Shown here piece by piece: positions 8,458 through 17,229 of a stretch of DNA of 64,000 nucleotides. The stretch's first letter is position 1, and every line of letters begins with the position of its first letter. A model generated the notes under the pieces. The model made no database searches. It worked only from the letters and a program-made list of their open reading frames with translations, and was not told the DNA's origin. Origin of the DNA: an uncultured Treponema sp. (GTDB taxonomy: Bacteria > Spirochaetota > Spirochaetia > Treponematales > Treponemataceae); NCBI GenBank assembly GCA_964482455.1, contig CAYZXM010000002.1:4544-68543 (forward strand). Direction: 5' to 3'. The translations under genes were made by a program, and so were the position numbers.

Positions 8458-9972
8458 TTACAGTTTATCAATAAGAAGAAGAGGCGAACACTTAAAATTC
8501 TTTTTAAACTTTGCCCCCGCCTTTGAATGAAAATAAACCGCCGTTATCGCCGCATCCAAAGCAGAATATCCTTGTGCTAAAAGAGAAACGCACATTCCTG
8601 CAAGAACATCGCCACTACCAGCTTTTGCAAGAGCATTAGTTCCTTTATTGCAAATAAACGCTTCGTTGTTGTTAAAAATATAAGTATTTGCTCCTTTTGC
8701 AATAAGAGTAATGTTCGGAAACATTTTAGAAAATGCAAAACCGTATTCAAATCGATTTTCTATAATATCTTTTTGTAAAATTGGTTCATTTTCATTGCAA
8801 GAATTTAGTAAAACACACAATTCTTTTGGATGAGGAGTAAGAATCACTCTTGCGTTTTTAAGGGAATTCAATTTATTTAAAATTATTTTTACATTTTTGC
8901 AATAAAAAAAATCTGCATCAAGTACAACCGTAGGATTTTTCATCTTATAAACAAAATCAAGTGTAGTTTGCACAAGTTCTTCAGATTTTTTTGAACGACC
9001 AAGACCACTTCCAAGCAGAACCGCCGTTGTTTTTTCAGGAAAATCATCCGAAGTCATCAATTCTGGTGATGTTAAAAAATTATTCTCAATAAAATCTTTT
9101 TGTAAAAGAGTTACAAGTCCCGCTCCAAAACGGAGTGCAGCCGTTCCAGCAATAATAGATGCACCAGTTTTTTCTCCTGAAACAATACAAGCGTGACCAA
9201 AATCTCCTTTATGAACAGACTGTTTTTTTCGCAAAGGGGTTTTTGTATCTTTTTTTTCTATTAAACAAGCATTCGGTTTTTCACAAGATTCAAAAACGGA
9301 GGGTGTAATTCCTAAAGAAGATGTAACAATTTTTCCTGCATAATCTTTTGCTTCATCACTAAAAAGAGCCGTTTTTAATGCTCCCATCGTTACAGTTTTT
9401 TTAGCACGAAAAGCAATTTTTTTTCCAAGTTTTAAAGTTTGAATTATTCCATTTTTATTTATTCCGCTTGGAATATCGCAGGAAATGCAAAAAGAGTTTT
9501 TTTCGCCTTGTTCATTGCACCATTCAATTGCATTTAAAACATTTTTAGGAAGCAGTCCATGAAATCCAGTTCCGTAAATACAATCTACAATTACATTTGA
9601 AATAAAATATTCTTTAGAATTCTGCCACAAAGAAAAATCGTCTTCAAAAACTTTTACTCCAACAGATTCTGCCATTTTACGCTGCAAAATCGATTCTGAA
9701 GTTTTAGGACTACCAAAAGCAATAACAAAAACATTCTTTACACGAGCATAAATTCTTCTAGCAAGACAATAACCATCGCCACCGTTATTTCCACATCCGC
9801 ATAAAATTAACACAGAATTTGGATTTTTTTGCATAACGGCTTTTTCTAACGCCATTCCTGCATTTTCCATCATAATATTTTCAGGAAAACAAAAAATTTC
9901 TTTCGCCTTTTTTTCTGGAATATTTGAATCAAAATATACTGCTTTCACCTTAAAACCTCTTTGCGTTTTCAT
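8458..9972 (-). CDS. nnr: Bifunctional NAD(P)H-hydrate repair enzyme (NAD(P)HX epimerase / ADP-dependent dehydratase)
   Basis: YjeF_N motif GCGNNGGDGY and C-terminal carbohydrate-kinase motif AGSGDVLAG. The track ORF extends to 10086, but that N-terminus is hydrophobic junk that runs up to the HPt gene start; ATG 9972 (MKTQRGF...) is preferred. Confidence 0.85.
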   Translation of the reverse strand: MKTQRGFKVKAVYFDSNIPEKKAKEIFCFPENIMMENAGMALEKAVMQKNPNSVLILCGCGNNGGDGYCLARRIYARVKNVFVIAFGSPKTSESILQRKMAESVGVKVFEDDFSLWQNSKEYFISNVIVDCIYGTGFHGLLPKNVLNAIEWCNEQGEKNSFCISCDIPSGINKNGIIQTLKLGKKIAFRAKKTVTMGALKTALFSDEAKDYAGKIVTSSLGITPSVFESCEKPNACLIEKKDTKTPLRKKQSVHKGDFGHACIVSGEKTGASIIAGTAALRFGAGLVTLLQKDFIENNFLTSPELMTSDDFPEKTTAVLLGSGLGRSKKSEELVQTTLDFVYKMKNPTVVLDADFFYCKNVKIILNKLNSLKNARVILTPHPKELCVLLNSCNENEPILQKDIIENRFEYGFAFSKMFPNITLIAKGANTYIFNNNEAFICNKGTNALAKAGSGDVLAGMCVSLLAQGYSALDAAITAVYFHSKAGAKFKKNFKCSPLLLIDKL

Positions 9973-10085
9973 TTTACAATCATTTAATTTTTTTATACAG
10001 AACATCATAAAAATAGAAAATAATTCCCGATTTTTAAAAAACACTGTTACAATAAATTCAATAAATGTAAAAGGAGTCTTTACCA

Positions 10086-10448
10086 ATGCTTACTTTATCC
10101 CAATTTTATGAACAAACTGGCGGAAACACTTATGACACAATCAATCGTCTTGGACTTTCCGAAGAAATGCTCATAACATTTTTAAAAAAGTTTTTAAATG
10201 ATGAAAGTTTTACAAATCTTGAAATATCTCTTAATGCAAAAGACAACGAAACCGCATTCCGAATGGCACACACGCTTAAAGGGATTACAGCAAATCTTGG
10301 TCTTCAAAATCTTTTTGAAAAATCTTCTGTCATAACAGAATTTTTAAGGGGAAATGCAGAAAATAAACTTTGTGAAGTAAAAAAAATTATGCCTGCACTA
10401 AAGCAAGAATATACAAAAACTATAAACCTTATAAATAAATTAGGCTAG
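10086..10448 (+). CDS. HPt (histidine phosphotransfer) domain protein
   Basis: 120-aa helical protein with the HPt signature AHTLKGITANLG. Confidence 0.75.
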   Translation: MLTLSQFYEQTGGNTYDTINRLGLSEEMLITFLKKFLNDESFTNLEISLNAKDNETAFRMAHTLKGITANLGLQNLFEKSSVITEFLRGNAENKLCEVKKIMPALKQEYTKTINLINKLG

Positions 10449-10472
10449 CACGTAAACATATAAAGGAACTTT

Positions 10473-12383
10473 ATGAATAATACTTTGAGCGGATATATTT
10501 TAAATATGGGCTTTATGCTCATTATTTTACTAATTCTTAAACTTAGAGCCTCTTCTGTAATCAAACAGAAAAAAAGCCGGATAAAATGCTTTCTGCTTTT
10601 TTGTATAACTTCAGTATATATTATTGCAGATGCAGCATTTATTGTCTGCCATTTTTCAACTAATCTTCCGCCAATTGTATGGCAAATTGTTTCTCTTATA
10701 TTCTATGTTGTTTATGTTTTTCTTCCATTTGTATGGAGATTATTCGTACGAAACTTTGTAGGAAACACATTTTCTAGTCTTGGTAAAAAACTTGAAATTA
10801 TCCCTCTTATTATTCTTTTAACAATGGTAGCTATAACTCCATTTACTGGATTTTTATACTCCATAACAGACGATGGAATGTACGTTCGCGGTCCAGGGTA
10901 TATAATTTTTTCATGGCTTAATTATTTTTATTACATAGAACCTTTTTATGATTTAATCGTTATTTTTATAAAAAAGAAAGAAAAACAGGAACCTTATATA
11001 TTTCATTCAATTTTTATTTCTTTAATTCCATTAATTGGTGCTGTAGTAAACAGTAATTTTATTCCAGTGGGAACAATATTTCCGTTTCAGCCGTTTTGTT
11101 CAATAATTGTTGCTTTGTTGGCGTTCTTTTTTATTGCTTCAAAAGATTCGGATTTACTAAAAGACCAGCATCAAGAAGCAATTCAAAAAGCACTTGAAAA
11201 AGCCGAAGAAGCCAGCCGCGTAAAAACAAGATTTCTTTCAGATATGAGCCACGATATTCGCACTCCAATGAATGCAATTATAAATCTTACCGACCTTGCT
11301 CTAAAAGAAAACGATATTAACGTTGTTCATGAATATCTTTCCAGAACGGAAATTGCAAGTAATTTTCTTTTGGGGCTTATCAATGACATTCTTGATATGA
11401 GTAAAATTGAAAGCGATGAAATTATTCTTCATAAAGAGAATCTTACCAGAACAGAATTTCTTGATATGATAGAAACTGTTATTAATCCTCTTGTAGAAAA
11501 AAAGCATATTCATTTTCATACGGAACTTAATCCAGGAAAATACACTATCCGTGTTGATAAACTCCGTTTTAATCAAATTTTCTTTAATCTTTTGTCTAAC
11601 GCAGCAAAATACACACCAGAAGGTGGAGACGTTTGGCTTGAAGTTCACAATATGGAAGTAGAAAATAATCGCTTAAAAATCAAATTTATTGTACGCGATA
11701 ACGGAATTGGTATGAGCGAAGATTTTCTGAATCATCTTTTTGAACCATTTGCTCGTGAAGAAACAGATTTTAACATCAAAACGCAGGGAACTGGACTTGG
11801 ACTTTCCATTGTAAAAAGACTCGTTGATAAAATGGACGGAACAATTACCGTAAAAAGCAAATTAGGCGAAGGTTCAGAATTTACTGTAATTTTCTATGTA
11901 GATATTGTTTCTAGAACAGAAGTTTTACAATCACAAGAAAAATCAAACTCTACTTTAGATTTAAAAAAAGGTTTAAGAATCTTATTAATAGAAGATAATG
12001 AATTAAACTCTTATGTAACAAAGATTATTCTTGAAAAAGCAGATTGCGTTGTTACTTGCGTAAACAATGGAAAAAAAGCAGTTGAGCTTTTTACTCAAAG
12101 TGAACCTTTTAGTTTTGATGCAATTTTTACAGATTTAAGAATGCCTGTTATGGGCGGAATTGAAGCTACAAAAATAATTCGTTCCAGCAATAAACCAGAT
12201 GCAAAAACAATTCCGATTATTGCAATGACCGCTGACGTTTTTGAAGATGACCGCAAAGAAACTTTAAAAGCCGGAATAAATTACCATCTTTCAAAACCAG
12301 TAGATGCAAAAATGATTTATAAGGTATTAAGAGAATGTACCCCCCCCCCCGAAAATTTCACCTTAAATAAGCAAAAAGCGTAA
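10473..12383 (+). CDS. Hybrid sensor histidine kinase / response regulator with N-terminal ~7-TM sensor module
   Basis: About 7 predicted TM helices in aa 1-225. H-box SHDIRTPMNAI, N-box NLLSNAAKYT, G1 DNGIGM, G2 GTGLGLSIV, then a C-terminal receiver (ILLIEDNELN, FTDLRMPVMGG, SKP). Confidence 0.9.
   Translation: MNNTLSGYILNMGFMLIILLILKLRASSVIKQKKSRIKCFLLFCITSVYIIADAAFIVCHFSTNLPPIVWQIVSLIFYVVYVFLPFVWRLFVRNFVGNTFSSLGKKLEIIPLIILLTMVAITPFTGFLYSITDDGMYVRGPGYIIFSWLNYFYYIEPFYDLIVIFIKKKEKQEPYIFHSIFISLIPLIGAVVNSNFIPVGTIFPFQPFCSIIVALLAFFFIASKDSDLLKDQHQEAIQKALEKAEEASRVKTRFLSDMSHDIRTPMNAIINLTDLALKENDINVVHEYLSRTEIASNFLLGLINDILDMSKIESDEIILHKENLTRTEFLDMIETVINPLVEKKHIHFHTELNPGKYTIRVDKLRFNQIFFNLLSNAAKYTPEGGDVWLEVHNMEVENNRLKIKFIVRDNGIGMSEDFLNHLFEPFAREETDFNIKTQGTGLGLSIVKRLVDKMDGTITVKSKLGEGSEFTVIFYVDIVSRTEVLQSQEKSNSTLDLKKGLRILLIEDNELNSYVTKIILEKADCVVTCVNNGKKAVELFTQSEPFSFDAIFTDLRMPVMGGIEATKIIRSSNKPDAKTIPIIAMTADVFEDDRKETLKAGINYHLSKPVDAKMIYKVLRECTPPPENFTLNKQKA
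12340..12350 (+). repeat. C11 homopolymeric tract (encodes TPPP near the kinase C-terminus)
   Basis: Direct count in ...gaatgta-ccccccccccc-gaaaat...: 11 consecutive C in an AT-rich genome. Confidence 0.95.
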
Positions 12384-12428
12384 TAAGAATATTTAACATA
12401 AAATAACTTTGATAAAAATGGAGCAAAT

Positions 12429-13922
12429 ATGGAAAAAAATAGAATACTTATAGCCGATGATGCACAAATGAACCGAGAAATGCTTAGCGAAATTCTTGGT
12501 AATAAATATGATTATGTTTACGCTTCTAACGGAGTAGAAGTTGTAGATCTTCTTCGTGGAAAAAATGACATTGACATTATTCTTTTGGATATAAATATGC
12601 CGCAAATGGACGGTTTTGAAGTTCTTCGCATAATGAATGAACGCCATTGGATAGCAGAATTTCCGGTAATTATAATTTCTGCTTCTAATAACGAAGATTT
12701 TATGACAAAAGCTTATCAACTTGGTGCAGTCGATTATATAAATCGTCCTTTTAATGCATTAGTAGTCCAAAAACGAGTTGAAAATATTCTTTTAATGTAT
12801 TCCAACCAAAAAAGACTTACCCAACTTGTTGTGAATCAAGTATATGACAAAGAAAAAAACAGCAACTCAATGATTAATATTTTAAGTAATATCGTAGAAA
12901 GCAGAAATCAGGAACTTGGCAGCCATACATTAAATGTACAAATGATTACCGATTTGCTTTTAAATGAACTTGTAAAACTTACAAATCGTTACAAACTTTC
13001 AAAAACAGACATTGCAATGATTTCATCCCTTGCCGCCTTACACGATGTAGGAAAAATAAAAGTTCCCGAATCAATATTAAATAAACCCGGAAAATTAACA
13101 CCAGAAGAATGGATTGTTATGAAATCTCACACAATAGAAGGTGATAATATCCTTAAAAATTCTATGTACGATATGGATAGCAAATTTATGACCACAGCAT
13201 GTCAAATTTGCCGCTGGCACCACGAAAAATATGATGGAAAAGGCTATCCTGACGGCTTAAAAGGGGACGAAATCCCAATTGCAGCACAAGTTGTTTCCCT
13301 TGCCGACGCTTACGACGCACTAACAAGCGACCGGTGCTACAAAAAAGCATTCCCACACGAAAAAGCAATGCAAATGCTTTTAAACGGCGACTGCGGAACA
13401 TTTAATCCACTGCTTATGGAATGTCTTGAAAAAATCTCTGAAAATCTAAAAAACATAAAAGAAAGCGGAAAACCTTACGATTTTCAAAGTGTAGCCTGTC
13501 ACGTTGCAGATGAATTATTCACAAATAACGCCCTGACTCCAGGAAACGCACTTCGCAGAATGATGGATAACGAACGAACAAAAAAAGAATTCTTTATGGA
13601 ATGTGCAGACGGCATTCAGTTTGAATACGACAAATTATTGCATAAAGCATCATTTGTTTACAAAGAAGCAAACGATAAACCTGCTAAAAAAACTATTTTT
13701 ACAACGCGTGAAAGCAATGATAATCTTTTGCCGTTAAATTATTGGAATTTATTACACGAAAAACTTTTACAAAAATCAAGAGAAAACCCCATTGTATCAG
13801 AAGATGTAAAATTGTTTATAAAAGGAGAATACATTCCTTATCACGCAAGAATTATGGCAATTTGGCCAGAAATCGGCAATGAATACATTTTTGTAATGGG
13901 GCATTTTACAAAAATCAAATAA
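12429..13922 (+). CDS. Response regulator with HD-GYP domain (RpfG-like c-di-GMP phosphodiesterase) and an extra C-terminal ~150-aa domain
   Basis: REC domain (ILIADDAQMN, LLDINMPQMDG), HD motif AALHDVGKI, and HHEKYDGKGYPDGL (GYP). The C-terminal region (aa ~350-497) is unassigned. Confidence 0.9.
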   Translation: MEKNRILIADDAQMNREMLSEILGNKYDYVYASNGVEVVDLLRGKNDIDIILLDINMPQMDGFEVLRIMNERHWIAEFPVIIISASNNEDFMTKAYQLGAVDYINRPFNALVVQKRVENILLMYSNQKRLTQLVVNQVYDKEKNSNSMINILSNIVESRNQELGSHTLNVQMITDLLLNELVKLTNRYKLSKTDIAMISSLAALHDVGKIKVPESILNKPGKLTPEEWIVMKSHTIEGDNILKNSMYDMDSKFMTTACQICRWHHEKYDGKGYPDGLKGDEIPIAAQVVSLADAYDALTSDRCYKKAFPHEKAMQMLLNGDCGTFNPLLMECLEKISENLKNIKESGKPYDFQSVACHVADELFTNNALTPGNALRRMMDNERTKKEFFMECADGIQFEYDKLLHKASFVYKEANDKPAKKTIFTTRESNDNLLPLNYWNLLHEKLLQKSRENPIVSEDVKLFIKGEYIPYHARIMAIWPEIGNEYIFVMGHFTKIK

Positions 13923-14051
13923 ATCCTAAGTTTTTAAAGGTTAAAATTAACAGTAATTGTAAAAATGACGATAAATTATTAAACTTGAAAACACGAGCAT
14001 CACTAAAATATTTTAGTAGCTCAAATAAAAAAAGATTACGAGGCACAAATT

Positions 14052-14534
14052 ATGGAAGAAATTCTTGAGTTATTGCGACAAAATGCACGACTTTCTGTAA
14101 AAGACATTGCAAGTATGACAAAAAAAACAGAACAAGAAGTCGCCTCTATTATAAAAAAACTTGAAGATGACGGAATTATCTTAAAATACGCAGCCATTGT
14201 AAATCCTGAAAAATCTGGCGAAAGCAAAGACAAAGTTCGTGCTGAAATCCAGTTGCAAGTTACTCCGGAACGCGAGCATGGCTTTGATGCCCTTGCAGAT
14301 CGCATTTATCGTTTTCCACAAGTAAAATCGCTTTTTTTAATGAGCGGTGGTTACGATTTTAAAGTAATTATTGAGGGCGATTCTCTTCAAGAAGTCGCGT
14401 TCTTTGTTTCTAATAAGCTTGCAACTTTGGAAGGTGTTCGTTCTACAAAGACGTGTTTTATTTTAAAAACTTACAAAGAAAACGACATTGTATATGTAGA
14501 AGATGAACGTGATCGTCGCGAAGCTCAAGCTTAA
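14052..14534 (+). CDS. Lrp/AsnC-family transcriptional regulator
   Basis: N-terminal HTH (ILELLRQNARLSVKDIASMTKKTEQEVASIIKKLEDDGII) plus a C-terminal RAM/AsnC_trans_reg-like domain; 160 aa. Confidence 0.85.
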   Translation: MEEILELLRQNARLSVKDIASMTKKTEQEVASIIKKLEDDGIILKYAAIVNPEKSGESKDKVRAEIQLQVTPEREHGFDALADRIYRFPQVKSLFLMSGGYDFKVIIEGDSLQEVAFFVSNKLATLEGVRSTKTCFILKTYKENDIVYVEDERDRREAQA

Positions 14535-14542
14535 AATACAAA

Positions 14543-14646
14543 GGGCGGAGAACCGCCCTCGCTTCAAACCTGCGGTTTTCCGCTACCCACCCTGCACCCT
14601 TCAAACGCCAGGGTGCAACGCCCGGCTAAATGTACGGCAAAAAAAA
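14543..14646. repeat. GC-rich structured intergenic element, copy A (hairpin - conserved core - hairpin - A8)
   Basis: Contains hairpin GGGCGGagaaCCGCCC, then core TCAAACCTGCGGTTTTC (14664-14680), then CTGCACCC..GGGTGCA. The core 17-mer is identical to the reverse complement of 30528-30544. Confidence 0.7.
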
Positions 14647-14654
14647 GGATAATT

Positions 14655-15824
14655 ATGAATACAAGACAAGATAAATTTAGTCGCTTAATGGAATCAATTC
14701 CACCAAGCGGAATTAGAAAGTTTTTTGAAATGTTAATTGGACACGATGATGTTATTTCGCTTTCTGTTGGTGAACCAGATTTTCCAACACCATGGACAAT
14801 GCGAGAAGAAGCATTCTATCATCTTGAAAAAGGTCATACTTCTTACACAGGAAATCGCGGCCTTTTAGAATTACGGCAGGAAATCTGTCGCTATATGGAA
14901 CGCTACAATATGTACTACAATCCGGAAACAGAAATTCTTGTTACCGTTGGTGCAAGCGAAGGTGTTGACTCATCTTTACGTTCCATTTTAAATCCTGGCG
15001 ATGAAATTATTGTCTGCCAGCCTTGTTATGTAAACTACGAACCACTTGCTCGACTTACAGAAGCAAAAATTGTCGCAATCGATACAAGTATTAACGGATT
15101 TTACCCTACTGCAGAACAAATTGAAAAAGTTATTTCTCCTAAAACAAAAGCAATTATGATGTGTACGCCAAATAATCCAACAGGGACAATAATTCCTGCA
15201 TCAGAACTTGAAAAAATTGCAAAACTCTGTGTAAAAAATCAAATATGGTGTATTTCTGATGAAATCTATTGCGAACTTCTTTACGATGATGCAAAACACG
15301 TTTCAATCGGTTCTTTTCCTGGAATGAAAGACTACACGATTATTTTAAACGGATTTTCAAAGTCATTTGCAATGACCGGCTGGCGAATTGGTTACGTTGC
15401 CGCTCCTAGCGACCTTATTACACAAATGACAAAACTTCACGGCTACAATTCAATTTGTGCACCAATTTTTAGCCAGTATGCTGCAACTGAAGGCTTAAAA
15501 AATGGTTGGAAAGATGTAGAAAAAATGCGTTTAAGTTATCAGCAAAGACGAAACTTAATGGAAAAAGCCTTTAATGATATGGGCTTACCTGTTCCAGAGC
15601 CAAAAGGAGCATTTTATATGTTTCCGGATATTACATCCACAGGAATTTCTAGCGAAGAATTTGCAACACGACTTTTTCAAGAGCATAATATTGCTGTTGT
15701 ACCTGGAAGTGTTTTTGGTCTTGGTGGCGAAGGTCATATCCGTGTATGCTATGCAACTGCAATTGATAAAATAAAAATTGCAATGGAACGCATAGCAACT
15801 TTTGTACAAGAGTTAAAAAAATAA
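14655..15824 (+). CDS. Class I/II pyridoxal-phosphate-dependent aminotransferase (aspartate/alanine aminotransferase-like)
   Basis: Motifs PNNPTG and the PLP-lysine block SKSFAMTGWRIGY. AGGA followed by ATG 14655 is preferred over the GTG 14613 start, which would read through the GC-rich repeat. Confidence 0.85.
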   Translation: MNTRQDKFSRLMESIPPSGIRKFFEMLIGHDDVISLSVGEPDFPTPWTMREEAFYHLEKGHTSYTGNRGLLELRQEICRYMERYNMYYNPETEILVTVGASEGVDSSLRSILNPGDEIIVCQPCYVNYEPLARLTEAKIVAIDTSINGFYPTAEQIEKVISPKTKAIMMCTPNNPTGTIIPASELEKIAKLCVKNQIWCISDEIYCELLYDDAKHVSIGSFPGMKDYTIILNGFSKSFAMTGWRIGYVAAPSDLITQMTKLHGYNSICAPIFSQYAATEGLKNGWKDVEKMRLSYQQRRNLMEKAFNDMGLPVPEPKGAFYMFPDITSTGISSEEFATRLFQEHNIAVVPGSVFGLGGEGHIRVCYATAIDKIKIAMERIATFVQELKK

Positions 15825-15863
15825 AATGCATTGGAACGCTAAAAATAATTTTTGGAGTGCCTT

Positions 15864-17228
15864 ATGATTATATCAATTTTAATTGCAATTATCGTCGCAG
15901 CATCTTTAATTTTAATTCTCTCTTTAATTGTAGGAAAAGGCAATTCCGGCATTAAAAGAGAAGAAAAAAAAGGAAAGCCTAGAAATAATTCTGCAATTTT
16001 AAAAGATGCTTCAAAAAAACTTTTGCACGATCCAAATAACGTTCCAGCATTAACTGCCGCTGGAGAAATTTATTACACAACACAAAACTATAAAAAAGCA
16101 TTAGCAATTTATCAGCGTCTTCTTGGTTTGCAAAAAGTTCACCCGCAAATCGATGAAAAGCAAACTTCTCTTCGTTATGGAATCTGTTGTTTTTATCAAG
16201 AAGATTATGATAATGCTATAAAAGCACTTAGCACGGTTCTTCGGCTTGAAATTCAAAATTATGAAGCCAATTATTACATAGGAAAATGCTTGATGAAAAA
16301 ACAAGATTATGAAAAAGCAATTTCTATGTTCAAACGTGCAGCAAAAATCAATCCAGAAAAAATAGAAATTATTAAAGATTTAGCATATTCGCTATTTTTT
16401 GCAAAAAAATATCGGGAAAGTCTTGCTTACTTAAAAAAAACTGTTGAACTTGATCCTGAAAATAAAGAGGCAATTTTTTATTTTGCCTCCGCAATGAACG
16501 AAGCCGGTTACGGCGAAAAAGCCCTTAAACTTTTTGTACATCTAAGAACAAATCCTATTTTTGGTGCAAGAGCTTGTCTTGCCGCAGGAACTATCCACGA
16601 TAAATTAAATGCTCCCGATAAAGCAGTTCAAGACTATGAAATTGCTTTAAAACTTGAAAATGTTGATCAAGAAACGAAACTTTCAATTTTTTACAAACTT
16701 GCACAATTACTTCTTTCGCAAAAAAATATTTCAAAAGCATTAACTTACCTTAAGCAAATTCAATCAATTTCGCCAGATTATCGAGATGTTCCTGCATTAA
16801 TTTCTCGTTATCAAGAATTAAATCAAAATTCAAATCTTCAAGTTTATCTTATGTCTGGCACAAGCGATTTTGTTGCTTTGTGTAGAAAGTTTATTTCCGG
16901 CTACTATCCAAATTCTAACATCAAAGTTGAAGATATTAATGTTACATCAGAACGTGTTGAAATTTTATGCGAAGTTCAAAGCGTAAGATGGCAAGACACA
17001 GAATTATTCAGATTTTATCGAAGCACTGGTTCAATTGGTGAACTCTACGTTCGTGACTTACATTCAAAAATCCGAGAAATAAAATGTGATAAAGCCTTTT
17101 GTGTAACTGCAGGAACTTTTACCGAAGAAGCAAAAAAATATATAGACGGTCGTCCTATTGATTTAATTGAAAAAGCGGACCTTGTAAAAGTTCTTAAAAA
17201 AATCGAAATTACAAAACGCTTATATTAA
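15864..17228 (+). CDS. Membrane-anchored TPR-repeat protein with C-terminal Mrr_cat-like (restriction endonuclease fold) domain
   Basis: N-terminal TM helix (IISILIAIIVAASLILILSLIV), about 7 TPR-like repeats, and a C-terminal ~110 aa resembling Mrr_cat (KAFCVTAGTFTEEAKKYI, IDLIEKADLVKVL). GGAG followed by ATG 15864 is preferred over TTG 15852. Confidence 0.7.
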   Translation: MIISILIAIIVAASLILILSLIVGKGNSGIKREEKKGKPRNNSAILKDASKKLLHDPNNVPALTAAGEIYYTTQNYKKALAIYQRLLGLQKVHPQIDEKQTSLRYGICCFYQEDYDNAIKALSTVLRLEIQNYEANYYIGKCLMKKQDYEKAISMFKRAAKINPEKIEIIKDLAYSLFFAKKYRESLAYLKKTVELDPENKEAIFYFASAMNEAGYGEKALKLFVHLRTNPIFGARACLAAGTIHDKLNAPDKAVQDYEIALKLENVDQETKLSIFYKLAQLLLSQKNISKALTYLKQIQSISPDYRDVPALISRYQELNQNSNLQVYLMSGTSDFVALCRKFISGYYPNSNIKVEDINVTSERVEILCEVQSVRWQDTELFRFYRSTGSIGELYVRDLHSKIREIKCDKAFCVTAGTFTEEAKKYIDGRPIDLIEKADLVKVLKKIEITKRLY

Positions 17229-17229
17229 T

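Noticed and set aside
9973-10086. N-terminal 38-aa extension of the nnr ORF (track start 10086)
   Set aside because: The extension is hydrophobic, has no counterpart in YjeF_N proteins, and begins at the same nucleotide (10086) as the divergent HPt gene's ATG. ATG 9972 gives a normal N-terminus.
14613-14654. GTG start that would add 14 aa (MQRPAKCTAKKRII) to the aminotransferase
   Set aside because: These codons lie inside GC-rich repeat copy A. ATG 14655 has an AGGA RBS 5 nt upstream and gives the usual N-terminus.
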